64,000 nucleotides of DNA from Acidobacteriota bacterium (GTDB taxonomy: Bacteria > Acidobacteriota > UBA890 > WLXD01): assembly GCA_965248695.1 (NCBI GenBank), contig CBDFKD010000002.1:192001-256000 (forward strand), written 5' to 3'. The stretch's first letter is position 1; each line of letters begins with the position of its first letter. Under the pieces are notes generated by a model. The model had not been told where the DNA came from, made no database searches, and was given only the letters and a program-made list of their open reading frames with translations. Positions 47,490 to 64,000 of the stretch are shown here, one piece after another. The position numbers and the translations under genes were made by a program.

Positions 47490-48997
47490 TCAGGCGGCGG
47501 CGACGACGAGCTCCAGGCGACGATTGAAAGCCGATTGGAACAACGACGCCTGCTTGCGGGTTTCCCACAATTCGACCCACGGCTCGCCGTCAGCCCGCAA
47601 CTCCAGCACCACCTCGCGGTCATCGATGATCGCGCGAACGCCGTGGACGCGTCCGGTGCGCGAGCGATCGAGATACTCGGCGAGGCGCAGGCAGACCGTG
47701 AGCTGCTCCAGCAGACGGGTGTCGCCAGTACGCAGCACTGACCGATACGAAGTGCAGCTCGGACGTCCGGACCGGTGGTACCGCACCAGCAGCGCCAGCA
47801 GTGCCTGCTCGCGATGCTCGAATCCCGCCAGCGTGCTGCCGGTGAGCAAGTACTCCCCGTGCCGAGCGTGATCGCGGTGGCCGACAGTCTTGCCGATATC
47901 GTGCAGCGCTGCTGCCGCCGCCAGTAGGCTGCCCTCCGCGTCGCCATATCCGTGCAGAGGGCCGAGCGCGTCGAACGGTTGCTGCGATAGATCGACGACG
48001 CGACGATTGTGATCTGCGGGCTGCGGATAGCACCAGGCCACGTTGTCCAGGTGGAACGCGCGCACGTCCTCGAGGAGGTATGGCGGTCGGACGAACTCCT
48101 GCATCAAGGCGCCCTCGCGCATCCCGTAGGCGGAGACGATCAGACCCGGAAGCTCCGCCTGCGACAGCACGTGTCGTAGCACCTGCGCCCCGGCCAGCAC
48201 CGTATCGGCGCGGTACGGGTTAATCCCGGACACTCCGGCGCGGCCTCCGACTGACAGGGCCAGCAGACGCACCACCAGTTTCTCGAGCGCGCCCATGTCG
48301 AGGCTGTAGCCGTGCATCTGTGGCCATGGGTAAGCCACCTCGCGCTGCGCCGCCCGCGCCAGGTTGCGGACCGTGCCCCCCATGACGATGATCGGCAAGG
48401 AGTTTGAGCGCATACGCTTCAACAGCTCTCCGAGATCCCTGTCGAGGGCCGCCGTGAGCGCGTCAACGTGGGCGTCGCTTGGCGGGTCTGACCGACCGAG
48501 GTACTGCTCGGAGACGCGGATGGCACCGAAGGGATAGGCACTGCCACGTACAACGCGCGGCGGCGCATCTCCGACACCTGCATGCTGCCGCCGCCCAGGT
48601 CGACCACCCAGGCATCGCCCACGGTGAAGCCGTTGGCCACCGCCAGTACGCCCTGGGCGGCCTCGTCCTCACCGCTGAGGACCTCGATGTCGATGCCCAT
48701 CTGGCGAACCGGTCGCAGGAGCACGTCGCGGTTGCCGGCACTCCGAACGGCAGAGGTCGCCATTACGCGTGGCTCTGGCAACGACGCGGCGCGTGCGAAG
48801 TCGGAGAAAGTCCCTACAGCCGCGAGCGCGCGATCGACCGCTTCGTCGCTCAGCTCACCGCTTTCGGCGATCCCGGCACCCAGCTGAATGACCTCGCGGA
48901 TCTCGTCAAGAAGACGGAACCCTTTCCCCGGCTCGAGCGCGTAGACAACCAGGCGCGCGCTGTTGGAGCCAAGGTCGACGAGGCTTACGTACCGCAC
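47490..48997 (-). pseudogene. ppx: Exopolyphosphatase Ppx/GppA, split by a one-base frameshift (pseudogene or sequencing error)
   Basis: DLGSNS, ATSAVR, SGEDEA, DLGGGS in the first ORF; GGTVR, GMREG, LHDIG in the second. Adding one base near 48551-48553 gives RRAFVRGSAYPFGAIRVSE...LLKRMRS. Confidence 0.88.
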
Positions 48998-49000
48998 CCG

Positions 49001-51136
49001 TCAGGGGCGCCCTGCTCCGCCGCCGTCCGGCGCGGTGAACGCCACCGCGACATTGAAGATCACGTCGACCGGCACGCCGTCCCTCGTCGCCGGGTTGAAC
49101 TGCCATGTCATGACGGAATCGATCGCCAGGCGCTCGAGCTCCGGATGCACGGGCCGCACCACCTTGGCCTCGCGAACGCGCGCTTCCCGATCGACCACCA
49201 GCTCCAACAGAACGTAGTTGGGCAGGCCCATCTCCGCCGCCCAGTCCGGCAGTAGGAGCTCGGATTTGTCGACGACCTCGGGTGCCTCGATGTTGCCGCG
49301 CACCTGCACCGGATCCACCGGCGGCAGGGTCACCGGAGCGGCAACGGGCTCCGGCTCGACCGGTGTCGGAGCCGCTGGTTGCACCACCACCGGCCCCGTC
49401 ACGGCGGTCGGATCGTTGTCTACCCGGGACGCTGGGACGGCGCGCATCGGGAAAAAGAGGCGCCGGCTGACCTGCTGATCTTCCGGCAGGTCAGCTGGCA
49501 CGAACGACCAGCTCACTGGATAGTGATCCGGCTGCTCGACCAGCACGGAGTAGTACTGCGCCGGATCGAGCGGCACCGCCAATGGCGTGGTGCCTTCGAG
49601 CCGCTGCCCGTTGAGGAGAATGCTGGCGCCGTTGGGGCGCGAGACGAACTGATAGATGACCTCGCTGGCGGTAGCCTGGCTTCGCGCCTCTGCGAGAGCG
49701 AACAGTGTCGCCTCCGACAGGACCCCTCCAGGAGCCGGGGCCACCTCGACCGGCGCGTTCTCAAGGGGCGACTCTGCCTCGGCGGTGGCTACGTCAGGCG
49801 GCGGCACGTCCACGGCGACCGTCTCCTCAGCCGGCGCGCCGGAAGCCACTTCGTCGGTTGCCCGGTCGTCAAGTGCCTCGGGATCCGCGCCGCCCGTGTC
49901 AACGGCGCCGTCGAGGCTCGATGGCGGGGTTTCGGCGACCGGCTGCTGCACGGCTGGCGGCTGAACCGGGACCGCGGGAGTCCCGTCGGCCGGCGTCGAT
50001 TCCGTCCCACTGCCGGCAAAAATGGAGACCGCCAGGATCAAGAGCAGCGCGGCAGCGCCGCCGCCCGCCGCGATCTTGCCGTTCGTCGTCTGTAGGAACT
50101 CCGTAGCACTCGCCAACCAGGCGGAGACCAACTGCCCCGTTTCGCCGGACGCTTCGCTGGCGCCGGCGCCAGTGCCGCTGCTGGCGCCCGGCGTCGCCAG
50201 CTGCGTGGCAGCTTCGGGCGAGGGCGCCTTCGCCTTGCGCTTCTTCTTGTCGGCCTGTATCGCCTTGCGCTTGGCCGTCGCGCCCAGCATGACGGCCTCG
50301 TCGGCAGGCGCCGCACCCAGGACATCGCGTACCGCCTCGGCGAACTCGAAGCAGCTCGGATACCGATCAGTGGCTTCCTTCGAAAGCGCCTGCATCACCA
50401 CGCCGTTGATCTCGGCCGGAAGCGTCTTGCAAACGCTGCTCAGGTGCTCCGGATCCTCGTGCACGATCTTGTACATGATCGTGGTGGCGCCCTCGCCGAA
50501 GAACGGCTTTCTGCCGGTCAGCATCTCGTAGACCATGACCGCCAGTGAGAACTGATCGGAAGCCCCGGAAACCTTGTGCCCGGTGATCTGTTCCGGCGAC
50601 ATGTACGCCGGCGTCCCGATGATGGTTCCGGTCGTCGTCAGATTCGAGGTCGCCTCGCGGGCGACGCCGAAATCGGTGATCTTGGGCTGACCGCGCCGGT
50701 TGATGAGGATGTTCGCCGGCTTGATGTCGCGATGGACGATGCCCCGCTCGTGGGCGAAATCGAGACCGCCGCCGAGCTGAATCAGGATGTCTGCGGTTTC
50801 CTTGTACGTCAGGATCCGGTCCGATTCGATGATCGTGTCGAGCGCCTCGCCGCGGATGTACTCCATCGCCAGGTACAGGCTCTCGTCCTGTAGGCCGGCG
50901 TCGAAGATGGTCACCAGGCTGGGGTGCGACATCTTCGCAGCAGCGCGGGCCTCCACCTCGAAGCGGCGCTTGAGCTCGTGGACGTCCTTCTCGTCCAGGC
51001 CCGGGTGCAGCTGAATGACCTTGACCGCTACTTCGCGATCCAGGACCGGATCCTTGGCCAGGTAGACGATACCCATCGCACCGCGGCCCAGGATGCCCTC
51101 GATCTCGAACCGGCCGATTGATTCCGGAAGTTCCAC
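49001..51136 (-). CDS. Ser/Thr kinase + TM + PEGA + TonB C-terminal domain protein
   Basis: LGRGAMG, VAVK, HRDIKPAN, DFG, GTPAYMSPE; one TM; PEGA-like SRPNGASILLNG...GTTP; TonB_C-like ...WQFNPATRDGVPV. Confidence 0.88.
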   Translation of the reverse strand: MELPESIGRFEIEGILGRGAMGIVYLAKDPVLDREVAVKVIQLHPGLDEKDVHELKRRFEVEARAAAKMSHPSLVTIFDAGLQDESLYLAMEYIRGEALDTIIESDRILTYKETADILIQLGGGLDFAHERGIVHRDIKPANILINRRGQPKITDFGVAREATSNLTTTGTIIGTPAYMSPEQITGHKVSGASDQFSLAVMVYEMLTGRKPFFGEGATTIMYKIVHEDPEHLSSVCKTLPAEINGVVMQALSKEATDRYPSCFEFAEAVRDVLGAAPADEAVMLGATAKRKAIQADKKKRKAKAPSPEAATQLATPGASSGTGAGASEASGETGQLVSAWLASATEFLQTTNGKIAAGGGAAALLLILAVSIFAGSGTESTPADGTPAVPVQPPAVQQPVAETPPSSLDGAVDTGGADPEALDDRATDEVASGAPAEETVAVDVPPPDVATAEAESPLENAPVEVAPAPGGVLSEATLFALAEARSQATASEVIYQFVSRPNGASILLNGQRLEGTTPLAVPLDPAQYYSVLVEQPDHYPVSWSFVPADLPEDQQVSRRLFFPMRAVPASRVDNDPTAVTGPVVVQPAAPTPVEPEPVAAPVTLPPVDPVQVRGNIEAPEVVDKSELLLPDWAAEMGLPNYVLLELVVDREARVREAKVVRPVHPELERLAIDSVMTWQFNPATRDGVPVDVIFNVAVAFTAPDGGGAGRP

Positions 51137-51250
51137 TGCGACTCCAGCGGGCGCCCTCGGGCTACCTGGATAAAGGCCGGCCTGCGGACGCGGCGATAGC
51201 AGACCGGCATGGTAGTTGGCTGTACTGCCAGGGAGCAAGAGCGCTCGGCT

Positions 51251-56138
<4,888 letters not shown>

Positions 56139-56171
56139 TGGTCAGTGCTCCTGATATCGGGAGCCCCGCTG

Positions 56172-56197
56172 GCAGGCCGCGGTGAAAGTGTGGCCTG

Positions 56198-56198
<1 letters not shown>
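56172..56198. repeat. Short palindromic (REP-like) element after gdhA
   Basis: GCAGGCCGC-GGTGAAAGT-GTGGCCTGC hairpin; a 21/23 copy lies at 10360-10382. Confidence 0.45.
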
Positions 56199-57574
<1,376 letters not shown>

Positions 57575-57795
57575 TTAGCAGCCGGCGAAGGTGGAAAACG
57601 AGCTTCGTCGCGGCGCGGAACTGGATCCAAGGCGGCGGGTGCGCACTGCACCAGTGGGTGCCCCCTGCTACCGATCAACCGGTGCATGACCTTCTGCTAC
57701 CCATCAACACGTAACTTCTACCACGTTGTGGGCCGGCCGGCTGGCCGGCAAGATCGAGGTAGACTCATCAAGGAGGCTTGAATGGAGGCTGCTCG

Positions 57796-59658
57796 GTGAC
57801 GAAGCGATTGCTCGAGTTTCGGGGCCACCTGTTTGTGGCGGGGCTGACAATGCTCGCCGCCGTCGCCAGTGGCTGTGGACAAAGCGAGCGGCCCGCAGAT
57901 GACTTCGTACCGGCACGAGATCTGAGCCTGGCGGATCTCGTTCGTCATGGGCCGCCGCCGCCAGAGAACATCGCCGTCGAGTCGCCGGTACCGGCATTGT
58001 TCAACGATCTGGAGCGCCAGGTCGCCTCAGGCGAGCGAACGCGCCTTGAGGCCGATCGCCTGCTGGCGACGGCCTTGCGCGGCGAAGTGGACCGGCTGCC
58101 GCCGGAATACGCTGGCGATACCGCTGACCTGAGCATCCCCGACCGCGCGCTGGCGTGGTTGGAACGGCGCGCAGCGAGCTATCCGGACGATGTCCGCGAC
58201 GAGATCTACGCATCGTCAGAGCTCATTGGCCCGCTGCCAACGCCTCGGTTGGCGATGCTGGGCATCGGCGCCGGCGTCCCGGGCGGCCCGCCGCTGACCG
58301 CCGTGCAGTGCCAATTTCCCCCGTGCCGCGACGAGGGCATCGTCCATGTCGAATTCGGTCGCGCCAACCAATTCGCCAGCTATCCCGACTCCATCGAAGG
58401 CGCGCCTTGGACAACGATCGCCGAAGCGATCAATCGTGCCTTGAGCGTGTACCCGGCATTTCTGGAGACTCCACCGCCGGCATCGATCGTCATCTACGCT
58501 GTCGGCAGCCAGGGCGCGCTCATCGATTCCGACGAGAGTCCGATCCCGCCTGGCAGCAACCCCGCAGCGCGGATGAAGACCTGCCAGGACATCCGCATCA
58601 TGTGGACCCGTCTCTTTGGCGGTGACCCGACACGCGAGGTCGTGGTCCACGAGCTCTTCCACTGCCTGCATATGGAGAGCCAACGGCAAGCGGGGCAGCC
58701 GGGCCTGGAGCTCTGGCAGGAGGATGCCGGCACCGAGCCGCCGGCGTGGGTGACCGAGGGCATGGCCGTGTGGGCCGAGGAGCTCGCCTATCCAGACCTC
58801 AACTCGCCGTGGAGGCAGTATCAACAGTACGCCGTCGCGCCACAGCGCAGCCTCGGGCAGTTAGCGCATGACGCTGGCCTGTTCATGCGATTCCTGGAGC
58901 AATACAACGGCGTCGGTTCGCTCAAGTTGATCCTCGACACGTACCTTCCCAGCGGCCCGAAGGATCTGCCGCCCGTATCGAGTCCGGCGGGCTTCCCCAA
59001 TTCCTGGCTCGATTTCGTCGACGCGACGACCGGCTACGCGACCCTGTACGAGCAGGAGGGGCGCTTCCGAATGAGCGAGAGTCCCCCCGACTTCCCCTAC
59101 GAGTCGGCGGGTAATTTCGAGGGCACGTTTACGGTCGGACAGGACTCTCATCGGCTCCCTACACCGCTGGCGGGAGGCTCGATCGAGCGCCTGGAGGTGC
59201 CGATCCCGCCGGCGTCGGCGCTGCACAAGATCTGGAACGTCTCGGTCACCGACGACGCCTACCTCGACGTGGGCATGACGTCCGAGCTGTCGCAGGCGGT
59301 CGACTCCCGCAGCGACGACCTGAGGATCTCGGCACTGCTGACCCACGATTTCGGCGAGACACTACAGGACTGGTCCAAGTTGTGGCGTGACCGGAGGGAC
59401 GAGGCACCCGACATCGTCACGGAGGACGGGAACACCGACGGCAGCTTCCGCGTGTGCCTCCGCCGCCTAGGCTACGAATGCAGCGAGGCCGACGACGTCT
59501 TCTATGGGTTGACCGAGATCCGACTGTTCGTCGCCAACGCCGGCCTGGACGATTCCAAGAACCTGAGCGGCGAGCTGGTGCTGTTCCCGCACGCGATCGA
59601 GGGCTACCTCGCCGAGGAATTCGAGTTCGGTACCCCCGATGAGGAGGGCCAGCAATGA
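57796..59658 (+). CDS. Lipoprotein with HEXXH zinc-metallopeptidase-like motif
   Basis: Lipobox ASGC; VHELFHCLH with downstream WVTEGMA; GGAGG RBS before GTG 57796. Confidence 0.72.
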   Translation: MTKRLLEFRGHLFVAGLTMLAAVASGCGQSERPADDFVPARDLSLADLVRHGPPPPENIAVESPVPALFNDLERQVASGERTRLEADRLLATALRGEVDRLPPEYAGDTADLSIPDRALAWLERRAASYPDDVRDEIYASSELIGPLPTPRLAMLGIGAGVPGGPPLTAVQCQFPPCRDEGIVHVEFGRANQFASYPDSIEGAPWTTIAEAINRALSVYPAFLETPPPASIVIYAVGSQGALIDSDESPIPPGSNPAARMKTCQDIRIMWTRLFGGDPTREVVVHELFHCLHMESQRQAGQPGLELWQEDAGTEPPAWVTEGMAVWAEELAYPDLNSPWRQYQQYAVAPQRSLGQLAHDAGLFMRFLEQYNGVGSLKLILDTYLPSGPKDLPPVSSPAGFPNSWLDFVDATTGYATLYEQEGRFRMSESPPDFPYESAGNFEGTFTVGQDSHRLPTPLAGGSIERLEVPIPPASALHKIWNVSVTDDAYLDVGMTSELSQAVDSRSDDLRISALLTHDFGETLQDWSKLWRDRRDEAPDIVTEDGNTDGSFRVCLRRLGYECSEADDVFYGLTEIRLFVANAGLDDSKNLSGELVLFPHAIEGYLAEEFEFGTPDEEGQQ

Positions 59659-60374
59659 GCCGTCACGCAGCCGCCGTCGCCGGTCTCGTGATCGCGTCCG
59701 CCGTCGCCGCCGCCAGTGCGCCGGCAGCAGCGCTCCAAGAAGGGGAGACGCGCTACATCACTGGCGGGCTCGGCTTCCACGTCGACGACCAGGAGCCCAT
59801 CATTACTCTGCGTGCCGACTGGGTCTGGTTCCCCCTGGAGGAGGAGTATCCGTTTGACGAGATCGGTGAGGAGGGTCGGGTTCGTGTCGACCCGCGCATC
59901 CTCTCGGCCTACGTCAACTTCGGCTGTCACTTCGAGGGCTTCACGCGCTGGCGCTACGAGGAGATGGAAGTCGAGGAGCTAGACGACGGTCGTATCCGCC
60001 GCCGATTCGAGATCGAGGACGAGAACCGGGGCGGCTTCTACAACAACGAGCATCGCTTCAAGTGCGAGCTGGCCACCAAGAACCGGCGGCTCAACGAGCT
60101 TCTCGGCACGCTGGTGACGACCGGCAACGCGCCGAGCGCCGGATTCCAGTCGAGCATCGTCCAGGTCGTTTACATGCGCATGATCGATGCCATCAACACC
60201 ATGGACCGAGTGCCCGACTCATGGGGTGACTACCTCTACGACACCTTCAAGAGCATCATGACCTTCAACCTCATGGACGACACCGAGGGCGAGGTGGACC
60301 TGTATTTCGCCCCGGAGGGCAACGTCATGGAGTTCGAGATCAGTCGCCAACGTACCGTCCGCTTCGAGCGCTAA
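59655..60374 (+). CDS. Secreted hypothetical protein
   Basis: Ala-rich signal peptide; ATGA overlap with the upstream gene; GC3-rich codon use. Confidence 0.75.
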   Translation: MSRHAAAVAGLVIASAVAAASAPAAALQEGETRYITGGLGFHVDDQEPIITLRADWVWFPLEEEYPFDEIGEEGRVRVDPRILSAYVNFGCHFEGFTRWRYEEMEVEELDDGRIRRRFEIEDENRGGFYNNEHRFKCELATKNRRLNELLGTLVTTGNAPSAGFQSSIVQVVYMRMIDAINTMDRVPDSWGDYLYDTFKSIMTFNLMDDTEGEVDLYFAPEGNVMEFEISRQRTVRFER

Positions 60375-60473
60375 AGAGTCGCATGCCCCGCGTGACATCG
60401 ATTGCCCCCGCTGTCGTGAATGCGGTCGCCTCGAGCTCTACGCGCCGACGCACTCCGAGGGGTAGCGCCCCGC

Positions 60474-63353
60474 TCAGCCCTCGCCGCGATCCGGGCTGTG
60501 CAACACCGGGACCGCCACCTCGGCGGCGCCACCATTGAATTCGGTGACGTTGTAGCCGGGACCCTGGATGCCGTAGTACGTGCCGGGAAACAGCTCGGCA
60601 CGTTCGGAGTCGGTGGCTGATTCCACCCTGGTGATCTCGGCGGCGCAGACCTTGTACTCAGCCGTCTGGGTAACCGGGTCGCCGGCGTCGTTTGTGAGCA
60701 GGTTAGCGCGCGCCTCGGCGAAGTGCAGCGGCATCCAGATGCAACCGGGGCGCACCTGGCGCGAGACGATGGCGCGCACCTGGATCTCGCCGCGGCGGGT
60801 CGACACCTCGACGAGATCGCCGTGCTCGATGCCGCGCTTGCGGGCGTCGCGGCGGTGGATCTCGACGAAGGGGTCTGACTGCTTCATGTCGAGCCCGGTC
60901 TCCCGACGCGTCTGGGTGGCGCAGTTGTAGTGGTAGAGCGTGCGCCCGGTCGACAGCAGCAGGCCGTAGTCCTCGTCTTCGACTTCCATCGACGGGCGAT
61001 ACTCGGCCGGCACGAAGAGCGCCTTGCCGCGCAGCGCGCCACCCTCGTGCAGGAACTCGGTGCCGGGGTGCTCCGGATCCGGGCAGGGCCACTGGATACC
61101 GGTCTTGCCGCGGTGCGCCTCGGCGTCGATGCGAGCGTGGCTGATGCCGGCGAACTGGTGCGTGTCGCGCGCGAGCTCGTCGTAGACCTCGGCCGCCGAG
61201 TCGTACTCCCAGCCGGCCCCTGCGGCATTCGAGAGATTCCGCACGATCTCCCAGTCGGGGAGCGCCATACCAGGCGGCTCCACTGCCTTGCGGATGCGCT
61301 GCACCCGGCGCTCTGAGTTGGTGAACGTGCCCTCCTTCTCGGCAAACACCGCCGCCGGGAAGATCACGTCGGCGAAGCGCGCCGTCTCGTTTAGAAAGGC
61401 GTCCTGGTAGACGAGGAACTCGATGTTGTTGAGCCCCTCTTCGAGGTGCTTGACGTTGGGCTCCGATAGCACGATGTCCTCGCCCATCACGAACATGCCT
61501 TTGATCTGCTTGCCGACCGCTTTCATCATGATGTTGAGGTTCATGCCCGGGTCAGGCGACAGCTTCACGCCCCACGACTTCTCGTACTTGGCGTGCACCT
61601 CGGGGTCGTCGACACGTTGGTATCCCGGCAGGTAGATCGGCGTCGCCCCGGCATCGTTGGCGCCCTGCACGTTGTTCTGACCGCGCAGCGGGTTCATGCC
61701 GGCCGACGGCTTGCCCAAGTGGCCGGTCATCAGCACCAGGTTGGCGAGGCAGTAAACGTTGTCGGTGCCGTGCGAGTGCTCGGTGATGCCGAGCGTGTAG
61801 TAGATGCCGGCCTTCTCGGTGGTGGCGTAGCGCCGCGCCGTCCAGCGGATGTCTTCGGCCGGGATGCCGGTGACCTTCTCGGCCTCCTCGGGAGTGTACT
61901 TGAGCACCGTGTCGCGCACCGACTCCCAGTCCTCGGTGTTGGAGTCGATGAACTCCTGATCGACCAGCCCCTCGGTGACGATGACGTTGGCCAGGGCGTT
62001 GAGCAGCCAAACGTCGGTGCCCGGCCGCAGCTGCAGGTGCTTTTCGGCGATCGACGTCATCCAGATCGAGCGCGGGTCGGCGACCACCATGGTGGCGCCG
62101 CGGCGCACCGCCTGTTTCATCTCCATGGCGATGATCGGATGCGCTTCAGAAGTGTTGCTACCGATGACGAACAGGAAGTCGGCGTCGCGGATCTCGCCGA
62201 TGGAGTTGGTCATCGCCCCGGCGCCGAACGTCGTGACCAGACCGGCCACGGTGGGCGCGTGTCAGGTGGCAGCACATTGATGCACGTTGTTCGTACCGAA
62301 CACCGCTCGGGCCATCTTCTGCACCAGGAAGTTCTCTTCCATGGTACAGCGCGACGAGGAAACAAAGCCGAGGCTATCGGAACCGTGGCGCTCCTTGACG
62401 CCCAGCAGCCCGGCTGCTGCCGCTTGTAGGGCTTCGTCCCAGGTGACCGCGTGCATCTCGCCGTCGTCACCGCGCACCATGGGAGTATCGAGGCGATCCT
62501 CGTGGTGCACAAAGTCGTAGGCGAAGCGCCCTTTTACGCAGAGGTTGCCGTCGTTGGTGGTGGTACCGACCGGCGGGCTGGAGACCTTGACCAGACTCCC
62601 CTTGCCGTCGCGACCATCCGGGTCGACGTTGAGGTCGAGCTGGCAGCCGACGCCGCAGAAGTTGCAGGTACTGCGTACCTTGGTGAGCTCACGCTCGGGC
62701 TTGTGGCCGCGGATGAGGGGCATCTTCTCGCCCATCGCCCCGGTCGGGCAGACGTCGATGCAGCCACCGCACAGCTCGCAGCTGGTGTCCATCAACGACA
62801 GCTCGTCGACCGTCGAGATGGTGGTCTCGGAGCCGCGGTTGGCCAACGTGATCGCATTGACCCCCTCGATCTCGTCGCAGTAGCGCACGCAGCGAGCGCA
62901 AAGAATGCACAGATCCGGGTCGAAGTTGACGTAGGGATTGCGGTCGTCGGGGCGCGCCGTGCGCACCGGGGCGAGGTACCCCCAATCGGTAGGCGCTTCG
63001 TACTTCGCCGCCATATCGAACAGCTCGTTGCGAACGCCGGGCTCAGCCTCCTCGCGGGTACCGGGGTGGTCGGTCATGTAGAGACCGAGCAGGGTCTTGC
63101 GATGGCGGTCGATGCGCGGGTTCTCGGTGGTGACGTCCATGCCCGCCTTGGCCGCGGTGGCGCATGCAGGGGGAAGGCGTCCCCAGCCGTCGATCTGGAC
63201 CAGGCAGGTACGACAGGCGCCGGCCGGATCGAGGCGCGGATCGTGGCACAGCGTCGGGATGTAAATGTCGTGTCGGGCCGCGACGTCGAGCACGGTCTCG
63301 CCGGGCGTGAACGCGTACTCGCGACCGTTGAGCTTGATCGTGTCGTCGCTCAT
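60474..63353 (-). CDS. fdhF: Formate dehydrogenase alpha subunit (FdhF/FdsA-like), selenocysteine-containing, 959 aa
   Basis: The two track ORFs are in frame across TGA 62264-62262: NNVHQCAAT-U-HAPTVAGL. N-terminal Fe-S motifs, CNFCGVGC, LRGQNNVQG and a molybdopterin-binding C-terminus. Confidence 0.93.
62232..62264 (-). promoter_or_regulatory. UGA Sec codon and bacterial SECIS hairpin
   Basis: UGA + 11 nt (CACGCGCCCAC) + CGUGGCC-GGUCU-GGUCACG; same spacing and GGUCU apex as E. coli fdhF. Confidence 0.88.
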
Positions 63354-64000
63354 GCCTCGAAGTCCTCTGGGAAGTGTTTCATCGCCAGCGTCAGCGGCAG
63401 CGGGGCCGCCTGGCCCAACCCGCAGATCGACCCTTCGTTCATCTGCCAGGCCGCATCGGCGACGTGAAGCAGCGCGTCGGCTGAGGCGCCGTTACCGTCC
63501 ATGTGCTTGTCCAATCCTACACGTAAATAGCGGGTTCCGATGCGACATGGGGCACACTGACCGCAGCTTTCTGCTTCGAAGAAGACGAGCTGCGAACGCA
63601 CCGCGTCGCGCATGTCGACCGTGTCGTTGAGCACCACGACGCCGGCCGACCCCAGCATGGAGCCGACCTCGCCAAGAGGCTTGAAGGCAAGCGGGCGGCC
63701 GCGCTCCGACGCCGGCAGGAACCCGGAGCTGGCACCGCCGGGACTGAAAGCCTTGAGCTCCCCCACGTAGCCGCCGGCGGCATCGACCAGCTCGTCGAGG
63801 GTCACCCCGAGCGGCAGCTCATAGGTTCCCGGCTTGGCGACGTGGCCGCTGATGCAATAGAGCTTGCTGCCCGCCTCGTCACGGCCGAGCTCACGGAACC
63901 ACTCTCCGCCGCGCTCGATGATCGACGGCACGCAGGCGATCGTCTCGACGTTGTGCATCAGCGTCGGCTTGTTCCACAGCCCGATCTCGACCGGGAACGG
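63350..64000 (-). CDS. NuoF/FdsB-like NADH-binding subunit of formate dehydrogenase, 5' part outside the window
   Basis: PTLMHNVET, ISGHV..PG.YE, LGSAGV, ESCGQCAPCRIG, SICGLG; ATGA overlap with the FDH alpha gene. Confidence 0.9.
   Translation of the reverse strand, partial: PFPVEIGLWNKPTLMHNVETIACVPSIIERGGEWFRELGRDEAGSKLYCISGHVAKPGTYELPLGVTLDELVDAAGGYVGELKAFSPGGASSGFLPASERGRPLAFKPLGEVGSMLGSAGVVVLNDTVDMRDAVRSQLVFFEAESCGQCAPCRIGTRYLRVGLDKHMDGNGASADALLHVADAAWQMNEGSICGLGQAAPLPLTLAMKHFPEDFEA

Overview
A GC-rich bacterial chromosomal window. The gene content suggests Acidobacteriota, but that is inference only. Most of it is housekeeping, signalling and secreted-enzyme genes. Five things stand out. 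(1) A ~460-nt non-coding element at 12145-12605 (minus strand) is closed by a 13-15 bp terminal stem followed by a U-tract. It holds five GCAA-tetraloop hairpins, seven GGAAG motifs and about 25 GGA triplets. It is a candidate large structured ncRNA, possibly a CsrA/RsmA-type sponge, and I cannot assign it to a known family. (2) An integron cassette array has three complete attC sites, one broken attC, a possible attI and no integrase in the window (CALIN-like). (3) A circularly permuted complex I operon (nuoJ-K-mrpD-x-mrpD-M-N-A-B-C-D-EF-G-H-I-apbE) has four antiporter-like subunits and no canonical NuoL. (4) A selenocysteine formate dehydrogenase alpha subunit has an in-frame TGA and an fdhF-like SECIS; the ORF track splits it in two. 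(5) A ~276-bp MITE-like element with 33-bp inverted repeats lies between ppk1 and sixA, and its end motif recurs in both gaps of the nuo operon. Two genes (an FG-GAP/ASPIC protein and ppx) carry single-base frameshifts that may be sequencing errors. No rRNA, tRNA or CRISPR array was seen. All calls come from reading the sequence by eye; no database searches were run.
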